Positions 27,240 to 34,405 of a DNA stretch of 64,000 nt are shown here, piece after piece. Positions within the stretch are counted from its first letter, which is position 1; every line of letters begins with the position of its first letter. Source of the DNA: Actinomycetota bacterium. Its GTDB lineage: Bacteria; Actinomycetota; UBA4738; HRBIN12. The stretch is from assembly GCA_035519495.1 (NCBI GenBank), contig DATIWE010000065.1, positions 31,788 to 95,787 of the forward strand. The letters run 5' to 3'. The translations under genes and the position numbers were made by a program. The notes beneath the pieces are model-generated. The model searched no databases, was not told the origin of the DNA, and saw nothing but the letters and a program-made list of their open reading frames with translations.

Positions 27240-28325
27240 ATGGCCGAGAGGGTTCAGCGTTCGTCTTCCCCCCGACCCCGTTCCCAGGGGACCGAGGGGG
27301 TCCTCGGGTTCCTTGGTCGTGACATGGCGGTCGACCTCGGGACCGCGAACACGCTCGTATATGTTCGCGGTCGCGGGGTGGTCCTGAACGAGCCGTCCGT
27401 CGTCGCGATCAACACCCTTACTGGCGCCATCCTTGCCGTGGGCGCCGAGGCGAAGCGGATGATCGGCCGGACCCCGAGCCACATCCAGGCGGTCCGCCCA
27501 CTGAAGGACGGCGTGATCGCCGATTTCGACGTGACGGAGAAGATGCTGCGCTACTTCATCCAGCGGGTGCACAAGCGGCGGCTGCTCGCGAAGCCCCGGG
27601 TGGTCGTGTGCGTGCCCTCTGGCATCACGGGCGTCGAGCAGCGCGCCGTCGAGGAAGCGACGATCGCGGCCGGAAGCCGCCGCGCCTACATCATCGAAGA
27701 GCCGATGGCGGCGGCCATCGGCGCGGGGCTCCCGATCCACGAGCCCACCGGCAACATGATCGTGGACATCGGCGGCGGGACCACCGAGGTCGCCGTGATC
27801 TCGCTCGGCGGCATCGTCACGTCCACCAGCATCCGGATCGGCGGCGACGAACTGGACGAGGCCATCATCCAGCACGTGAAGAAGGAGTACTCGCTGCTGC
27901 TCGGGGAGCGAACGGCGGAGGCGATCAAGCTCGCGATCGCGTCGGTCTTCCCGATGCCCGACGAGCTCGTCGCGGAGATCAAGGGACGCGACCTCGTCTC
28001 GGGGCTGCCGAAGACGATCACGATCAGCGCCGAGGAGATCCGTCGCGCGATCGAGGAGCCGGTCAACGCCATCATCGACGCGATCAAGACGACCCTCGAC
28101 CGGACCCCCCCGGAGCTCGCGGCCGACATCATGGACCGGGGCATCGTGCTCACCGGCGGAGGCGCGCTCCTGCGCGGCCTCGACAAGCGGCTGCGCCACG
28201 AGACCGGCATGCCTGTCCGCATCTCCGACATGCCGCTGCAGGCGGTCGTCCTCGGTTCCGGGAAGTGCCTCGAGGAGTTCGAGGTGCTCCAGCGCGTCCT
28301 GGTGAGTCCGAGCAGTCGGCGGTAG
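27240..28325 (+). CDS. mreB: Rod shape-determining protein MreB
   Basis: In the frame of ORF 26295..28325(+): ...GFLGRDMAVDLGTANTLVYVRGRGVVLNEPSVVAI...DIGGGTTEVAVISLGG... The conserved FLGRD precedes the internal Met (27324), and the only in-frame start upstream is ATG 27240. The N-terminal 28 aa are therefore uncertain. Confidence 0.9.
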   Translation: MAERVQRSSSPRPRSQGTEGVLGFLGRDMAVDLGTANTLVYVRGRGVVLNEPSVVAINTLTGAILAVGAEAKRMIGRTPSHIQAVRPLKDGVIADFDVTEKMLRYFIQRVHKRRLLAKPRVVVCVPSGITGVEQRAVEEATIAAGSRRAYIIEEPMAAAIGAGLPIHEPTGNMIVDIGGGTTEVAVISLGGIVTSTSIRIGGDELDEAIIQHVKKEYSLLLGERTAEAIKLAIASVFPMPDELVAEIKGRDLVSGLPKTITISAEEIRRAIEEPVNAIIDAIKTTLDRTPPELAADIMDRGIVLTGGGALLRGLDKRLRHETGMPVRISDMPLQAVVLGSGKCLEEFEVLQRVLVSPSSRR

Positions 28326-28331
28326 GCCCCC

Positions 28332-29213
28332 GTGGCCACGCGCTCTCGCCTCCGCTCGACGCGGCTCCTGGTCGTCGCGCTCGTCTCCGTGTCGCTCGCG
28401 ATCATCACGGTCGACTACCGCCAAGGCCAGGGCGGCCCGCTCGAGGGGCTCGGCCGAGCGGCGCAGACCGCGATGACGCCGCTCCAGCGTGCCGCAGACA
28501 CGGTCACGCGCCCGGTCGGGGACTTCCTCTCCGGCTTGGCCCACCTCCCGACCCTCCAGAGCCAGAACCAGAGCCTCCGGCAGCAGCTCATCGAGGCGCA
28601 GACGCAGCTGATCCACAACGCCGAGCTTCAGGGCCGGGTGTCCGAGCTGGAGGACCTGCTCGCGTTGAAGCAAACGCTCGATCCCGAAGGGGTCGCAGCC
28701 GTCGTGATCGGCAACGGCGTCTCGAACTTCGACTGGACCGTTACCATCGATAAGGGCTCCTCGGACGGCGTCAAGGTGGGTCAGCCGGTGATCGCGGGGT
28801 CGCCGTCGTCGCCGAGGCTGGTCGGACTCGTCGTGTCCGTCACGCCGGTTTCCTCCGACGTCCAACTCCTGATCGACCAGCACTTCGCCGTCGCCGGGCG
28901 GCTCAGCGGCTCAGGCGAGACCGGCCTCGTGCAGGGCCAGGGCGAACAGGACCCCCGGATGGACCTGATCTCTCCGGACGCGAAGGTCGATCTCAGCGGC
29001 GACCAGCCGGTCGAGGTCTTCACGGTGAGCTACGAGATCAACGGGCAGCACGGCCGCTACCCACCGGACATCTTGATCGGCCAGGTCGCGAGCGTCGTGC
29101 AGAACTCGAACACGCTCGAGACCTCCGTCACCGTCCGCCCCGCCGTCGACTTCTCGGCGCTGCAGTACGTGTTGGTGCTCAGGACCGACGGGTCGACGGG
29201 AGGAACGGGCTAG
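28332..29213 (+). CDS. mreC: Rod shape-determining protein MreC
   Basis: ORF 28332..29213(+), 293 aa. N-terminal TM, coiled coil (LQSQNQSLRQQLIEAQTQL) and a beta-rich C-domain. It directly follows mreB. Confidence 0.88.
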   Translation: MATRSRLRSTRLLVVALVSVSLAIITVDYRQGQGGPLEGLGRAAQTAMTPLQRAADTVTRPVGDFLSGLAHLPTLQSQNQSLRQQLIEAQTQLIHNAELQGRVSELEDLLALKQTLDPEGVAAVVIGNGVSNFDWTVTIDKGSSDGVKVGQPVIAGSPSSPRLVGLVVSVTPVSSDVQLLIDQHFAVAGRLSGSGETGLVQGQGEQDPRMDLISPDAKVDLSGDQPVEVFTVSYEINGQHGRYPPDILIGQVASVVQNSNTLETSVTVRPAVDFSALQYVLVLRTDGSTGGTG

Positions 29214-29723
29214 GTGGTCCGCCGCGTCCTGTCGATCGCCGCGATCGTCGTCACCGCGCTGTTGCTGCAGTCCACGGTGTTCTCCCAGTTGCGGCTGCTG
29301 GGCGTCCGCCCCGAGCTCCTGTACCTCGTCACGATCGTGATCGCGCTGCTCGAAGGCCCCAACGAGGGCGCCGCGGTCGGGTTCGCGGGCGGGTTGACGC
29401 AGGACTTCTTGATGAACCAACCGAAAGGGATCACCGCACTCACGCTGACGTTGCTGGGGTACGCCGTCGGGATGCTGCGGCAGTTCATCACCTCGCCGTC
29501 GCCCCTGCTGCCGACCGTAGTGGTCGCGGTCGGCACGGCCGCGGGCATCATCTTCTACGAGGTCGTCTCCCTGCTCCTCGGGAACCTGGACATGTCGATC
29601 ACGTACGGCCTGAAGGTGGCGCTGTTGACCGCCCTGTACAACGCGGTGCTCACCCCGATCCTTTACCCCCTGCTGCGACGCATAACCGAGGGGTCGAGAC
29701 CCAGGAGGGTGGTGCGCTTCTAG
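29214..29723 (+). CDS. mreD: Rod shape-determining protein MreD
   Basis: ORF 29214..29723(+), 169 aa. It is a polytopic hydrophobic protein that abuts mreC and mrdA with no gaps. Confidence 0.8.
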   Translation: MVRRVLSIAAIVVTALLLQSTVFSQLRLLGVRPELLYLVTIVIALLEGPNEGAAVGFAGGLTQDFLMNQPKGITALTLTLLGYAVGMLRQFITSPSPLLPTVVVAVGTAAGIIFYEVVSLLLGNLDMSITYGLKVALLTALYNAVLTPILYPLLRRITEGSRPRRVVRF

Positions 29724-31628
29724 ATGGAGAAGGCGTCGTCGCGGCTGAAGGTGCTGGCGCTGCTCGTGGCGCTCATGTTCATCGCGCTCTCGACGCGGCT
29801 GTGGTTCCTGCAGGTCCTGGCCACGACCCAGTTCCAGAAGGACGCCCTGAACAACAGCGTGCGCTTCACCTACCTGCCCCCCCTCCGCGGCCAGATCTTC
29901 GACAGCCAGGGGCGTTTGCTGGTGACCAACCAGAGCAGCCTCGAGGTCCGGATAGACCGCGACCAGCTCGGCGACAAGGGCGAGGCCGTCGTCACCCGCC
30001 TCGCCCGGCTGCTGCACATGGACGTCCGCGTGCTCGTCGAACGCCTCCAGGACAAGCGCTATTACTCGTTCCAGCCGATCCCTGTCGCCGAGTTCGTTCC
30101 GAAACGGGCCGTCTTCTACATCTCGGAGCATCCCGATCTGTTCCCAGGCGTCCAGGTCGTGCAGACGGCGGTGCGCCAGTACCCCGACGGCCGGCTCGCG
30201 GCGCACGTCCTCGGGTACGTCGGCCTGATCAACGCCCAGGAGTACGACCAGCTGAAGTCGAAGGGCTACCAGCAGAGCGACCTGGTCGGACGTGCTGGGC
30301 TGGAGGAGGTCTACGAACGATACCTCCGCGGGAAGCAGGGTGAGCAGAAGTACATCGTGAACTCCAACGGCGAGACGATCCGGACCGGCGCCACGATCCA
30401 GCCGACGCCCGGCGACGATCTTCATCTCACGATCGATGCGCGGATCCAGCGCGTCGCCGAGCAGCAGCTCGCCGCCGGGCTGCTCCATGCCCGCGCCCTC
30501 GCCGATTCCAGTGGCAACCCTTTGCGGGCCAACGCCGGAGCGGTGATCGTTCTGGACGCGAAGACCGGCGCGGTGCGCGCGATGGCCTCGCTCCCTTCCT
30601 ACGACCCCCGCTGGCTCGTCCGCGGCCTCACGAAGAGCGAGTCCAACTACCTCTACAAGAGCCCGATGGCTCCGGCTCTGAACCGAGCGATGCAGCTCGG
30701 CTACATCCCCGGCTCCACGTTCAAGCCGATCAGCGGGCTGGCCGCCCTCAAGGAGGGCATCGCCACGCTCTCGGGCAGCTATCCATGCACCACGACGTAC
30801 ACCCATCCGGGTGACACGTCGGGCGCGATCTTCCACAACTGGGCGCCGTCGAACTCGTACATGAGCCTGTCGGAGGCGATCCGCCTGTCGTGCGACACGG
30901 TGTTCTACGGCTTCGGATCGCAGTTCTACTTCCACTACGTCAACGACCAGCTGGGGTCGAGCGGTGAGCTCCTGCAGGCCGACCTCCGGCAGTTCGGGTT
31001 CGGCTCCCCGACCGGCATCGATCTGCCGTCGGAGGCGGCCGGTCTCGTCCCAGATGCCGCGTGGGCCAAGACCCGCCCCGACCTGTTCCCGGATGGCTGG
31101 GTCCCCGGCGGCGACATCCTGACGATGATCGGCTCCACGTACATCACCGCGAGCCCCCTCCAGCTCGCGCAGGCCTACGCCGCGATCGCGAACGGCGGGC
31201 ACCTGTGCCGGCCGCACGTGGTGTCGGAGGTGGTCGGCCCTGATGGCCGCGTCGTGAAACGACCCGACGCCCACTGCAACCGACGGCTCCCGTACCCGCC
31301 GGCCGACTTCGACTACATCCGCACGGCGCTGCGCTCGGTGACGTCCTCCGGGACGGCGGCCTGCGCGTTCAGCGGGTTCCCGTTCTCGCAGATCGCTGTC
31401 GGCGGCAAGACGGGCACCGCCGAACGCCCCCCGTACCAGGACACGTCGTGGTTCGCCTCGATGGCCGGCCCCGATCCGAACGCGCCCCAGTACATCGTGG
31501 TGACGATGGTCGAACAGGGCGGGTTCGGCGCTGAGGTTGCGGCGCCGATCACTCGGAACGTGATCGAGGACATCTATCACCTGCCGCCGTCGACCGGCGC
31601 CGGCTGTTCGTTCTCGCAGGACCGATGA
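29724..31628 (+). CDS. mrdA: Penicillin-binding protein 2 (elongasome transpeptidase)
   Basis: ORF 29724..31628(+), 634 aa. Motifs: STFK (SxxK), SCD (SxD as in PBP2) and KTGTA. Confidence 0.92.
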   Translation: MEKASSRLKVLALLVALMFIALSTRLWFLQVLATTQFQKDALNNSVRFTYLPPLRGQIFDSQGRLLVTNQSSLEVRIDRDQLGDKGEAVVTRLARLLHMDVRVLVERLQDKRYYSFQPIPVAEFVPKRAVFYISEHPDLFPGVQVVQTAVRQYPDGRLAAHVLGYVGLINAQEYDQLKSKGYQQSDLVGRAGLEEVYERYLRGKQGEQKYIVNSNGETIRTGATIQPTPGDDLHLTIDARIQRVAEQQLAAGLLHARALADSSGNPLRANAGAVIVLDAKTGAVRAMASLPSYDPRWLVRGLTKSESNYLYKSPMAPALNRAMQLGYIPGSTFKPISGLAALKEGIATLSGSYPCTTTYTHPGDTSGAIFHNWAPSNSYMSLSEAIRLSCDTVFYGFGSQFYFHYVNDQLGSSGELLQADLRQFGFGSPTGIDLPSEAAGLVPDAAWAKTRPDLFPDGWVPGGDILTMIGSTYITASPLQLAQAYAAIANGGHLCRPHVVSEVVGPDGRVVKRPDAHCNRRLPYPPADFDYIRTALRSVTSSGTAACAFSGFPFSQIAVGGKTGTAERPPYQDTSWFASMAGPDPNAPQYIVVTMVEQGGFGAEVAAPITRNVIEDIYHLPPSTGAGCSFSQDR

Positions 31629-31656
31629 GACCCATCGGGATGGGGGTGGATCGCTG

Positions 31657-32802
31657 ATGGACATGGTGGCCGGCCGAATCTGGGCTGACGAGCGCCGCCC
31701 GATCCGTCATGTGGACTGGATCCTCCTCGCTTTGGTCGCCGCCCTAACGGCCACGGGTTTGGTGGTGCTCCACTCCATCAGCGCGGCCACTCCGGACGAA
31801 GCCGCGTTCTGGCTGATCCGTGTCGTGAAGCAAGGCGCCACGGCGGGGCTCGGGCTGTTGATCGTGGCTCTCATCGCGGCGTTCGACTACCGGTTCTTCA
31901 AGGTCTACGCCGGCTTCATCTACGCGGGGGCACTCGTGGCGCTCGTGCTCGTGAAGATCCCAGGGATCGGCGCGACGGACCCGAGCGGGATCGCCCAGCG
32001 TTGGTTCTCCATCGCCGGTGTGCAGATCACGCCGTCGGAGATCACCAAGCTATGTGTGATCGTGATGCTCGCGGCGATCCTCTCCGAGGTGCGCACGCCA
32101 GAGCCGACCCTGCGAGACCTCGTGCGTGTGCTCGGCGCCGCTTCCCTCCCGCTGGTGCTCGTCTTCACCCAGCCGGACATCGGCACGTCGATCGTCCTGG
32201 CGGCGATCGTCGTCGGCATGCTCATCGTGGCTGGGACCCGTCTGAAGCACCTCCTGATCCTCACCGTCTCCGGGCTGGTCATGATCGCGCTGGCGTTCCA
32301 GCTCGGCGTGATCAAGGACTTCCAGCGACAGCGTCTGACCGCGTTCCTCGACCGTGCGAACGTGTCGGAGGGTGTCCGCTACAACCTCGATCAGTCGTTG
32401 ATCGCGGTCGGATCCGGCGGCCTGTTCGGCCGCGGCTACATGAAGGGCTCTCAAACGAACCTCGACTACGTGCCGAGGCAGCACACCGATTTCATCTTCA
32501 CCGCGGCAGGCGAGCAGTTCGGATTCGTCGGTGCCTTGTTCATCCTGCTCCTCTACGCCCTGATCCTGTGGCGAGCGATCCGCGTCGCGGCCCTGGCCAG
32601 GGATCCGTTCGGCACGCTGATGGCGGCGGGCATCGCGTCGATGCTCGCGATCCAGATGTTCGTCAACATCGGCATGGTGATCGGGATCATGCCGATCACC
32701 GGGATCCCGCTGCCCTTCATGTCCTACGGAGGGTCCTCGATCCTCGTGAGCTTCGCCGCGATCGGGATGCTCGAGAGCATCCACATGCGGCGGTTCACCT
32801 AG
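31657..32802 (+). CDS. rodA: Peptidoglycan glycosyltransferase RodA (SEDS family)
   Basis: ORF 31657..32802(+), 381 aa. FtsW/RodA/SpoVE signature ...QTNLDYVPRQHTDFIFTAAGEQFGFVG...PLPFMSYGGSS... Confidence 0.92.
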   Translation: MDMVAGRIWADERRPIRHVDWILLALVAALTATGLVVLHSISAATPDEAAFWLIRVVKQGATAGLGLLIVALIAAFDYRFFKVYAGFIYAGALVALVLVKIPGIGATDPSGIAQRWFSIAGVQITPSEITKLCVIVMLAAILSEVRTPEPTLRDLVRVLGAASLPLVLVFTQPDIGTSIVLAAIVVGMLIVAGTRLKHLLILTVSGLVMIALAFQLGVIKDFQRQRLTAFLDRANVSEGVRYNLDQSLIAVGSGGLFGRGYMKGSQTNLDYVPRQHTDFIFTAAGEQFGFVGALFILLLYALILWRAIRVAALARDPFGTLMAAGIASMLAIQMFVNIGMVIGIMPITGIPLPFMSYGGSSILVSFAAIGMLESIHMRRFT

Positions 32803-33986
32803 ACGCGATCGCGCGGACCATCGGCGGCGCCTGGGGCGACGGTCCACAGGAACGTCGAGCCGGCAGGTCCCGTCTGCTCCAGGGTGACGTCCCCGTCCAT
32901 CGCGCGCGCGGACAGGCGCGCGAGGCTGAGCCCCAGGCCGACGCCCGGATGGGTGCGGGTGTGCAGGTCTTGGGCCTGCTCGAGCGGCTCGAAGATCCGC
33001 AGGACCTGATGCGCCTCGACGCCCGGCCCCCGGTCGATCACCCGGACCTGCGGGCTGACCCCCAGGACCGGGGCCGAGATCCGGATCGTGACCTCGGTGT
33101 CCTCGGGCGAGAACGCGAGTGCGTTCTCCACCAACTCCTCGAGGATCCGCAGCCCGGCGGTGCGGTTGAGCGTGGTCATCACCGGGGCGGCCGGCGCGTC
33201 GACCTCAACCCGGGGCTCGCGGTCGGCCACCTCCCGCGCCAGATCCGTCACGTTCGCCCATTCGGTCAGGCCGGCCTCGACGGCCGCCTCGAACCGCCGG
33301 ACGAGGCGGGCGAGCCCTTCGGCCCGCGAGACGAGCGTGTCGAGGACCTCCTCGAACTGCTCGTGCGACATCCCGCCGCGCTGGAGGCTCTGTGCGAGGC
33401 CCAGGATAACCGTGACCGGCGTCCGCAGCTCATGCCCGACGCGGCCGATCAGCTGCTGTCGACGCGCCGCTCGTTCCAACAGCGCCTCCTGCGCGATCTC
33501 CAGTTGGCGCGTCCGCCGGCGCCCGCGCTCGAGCGAGTCGATCAGCTCCTCGATCACGGTGGGGGTCACCTCGGACGACAGGAGGGCCCCGCCCGATGCG
33601 GCCCGCCGGATCGCGTTCAGGATCTCATCGCCGTCGGAGTCCTTCAGGACGTAGCCGGAGGCTCCGGCCACCAGCATGTCGCGGACCGCCCGCTGCTCCT
33701 CGAAGCCGGTGAGCGCGACCACACCGAGCGAGGGTTGGAGCGCCTTGAGGCGGCGCGTCGCTTCGATCCCGTCCATGTCCGGCATCCGGACGTCCATGAG
33801 GACGACGTCCGGCGCGAGCGCGCGCACCATCTCGATCGCCTCCGGACCGCTGCAGGCTTGGCCGATGATCTCCATGCCCTCGCCGTCGACGAGGGACGCG
33901 AGGGACTCGCGGAACCCGTCGTTGTCGTCCACGACGAGGACGCGCACACGACTCGGCACGCCCAGGGGAAGGGTGGGGGCGCTCAT
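32799..33986 (-). CDS. Hybrid response-regulator receiver / histidine kinase (REC-HisKA-HATPase, no TM or sensor domain)
   Basis: Last 395 codons of ORF 32799..35234(-), starting MSAPTLPLG. REC: VLVVDDNDG, LMDVRMPDMDG, ALTGF, YVLKD. H-box: GHELRTPV. N-box: ELVENAL. G1: DRGPGV. G2: GVGLGLS. The upstream 416 codons of the ORF are antisense to the rne low-complexity region and were rejected. Confidence 0.85.
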   Translation of the reverse strand: MSAPTLPLGVPSRVRVLVVDDNDGFRESLASLVDGEGMEIIGQACSGPEAIEMVRALAPDVVLMDVRMPDMDGIEATRRLKALQPSLGVVALTGFEEQRAVRDMLVAGASGYVLKDSDGDEILNAIRRAASGGALLSSEVTPTVIEELIDSLERGRRRTRQLEIAQEALLERAARRQQLIGRVGHELRTPVTVILGLAQSLQRGGMSHEQFEEVLDTLVSRAEGLARLVRRFEAAVEAGLTEWANVTDLAREVADREPRVEVDAPAAPVMTTLNRTAGLRILEELVENALAFSPEDTEVTIRISAPVLGVSPQVRVIDRGPGVEAHQVLRIFEPLEQAQDLHTRTHPGVGLGLSLARLSARAMDGDVTLEQTGPAGSTFLWTVAPGAADGPRDRV

Positions 33987-34405
33987 CGCTCCGAAGGGTG
34001 CGCCCGACCCGTGACCTGCGGTATCCGGCCGACGTGGGGTTCCTGACGGGGGACATCCGCTGTGGGACGGATGGCCGACAGGGGCGTTTGGGGGGTGGGA
34101 ACGGTCTAGTCGAGTGCTGCTATCCTCGCCGCAGACGTGCCCGCCGGCCGCGGCCGAGGTCGCTCCGTGCGGGGTCATCGAAGAGTCGAGGGAGGCGCGC
34201 CCGCGCCGAGCGGCCCGAGGAACGGGACGCCGCGCGAGGACGCAGCCCCGGAAGGACCGAACCTGATGCACGGCATACGCCCGGCGCTCGGCCGCACGCG
34301 AGTTGCGGGAGCCCGTCGTGTCGCCGAACCGCGTTGCGCTCACCCGCGCACCGATGCATCCCGGTCCTCCGCGGTCCCCCTCGCAACGATCGAAGGGAGC
34401 CACGC

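Noticed and set aside
28911-31664. 917-aa minus ORF antisense to mreC, mreD and mrdA; similarly 47877..49604(-), 55873..57495(-) and 62000..63712(-)
   Set aside because: They are antisense shadows of conserved genes (PBP2, LeuS, LepA, DnaJ). They are R/D/G/P-rich and have no start-site signals.
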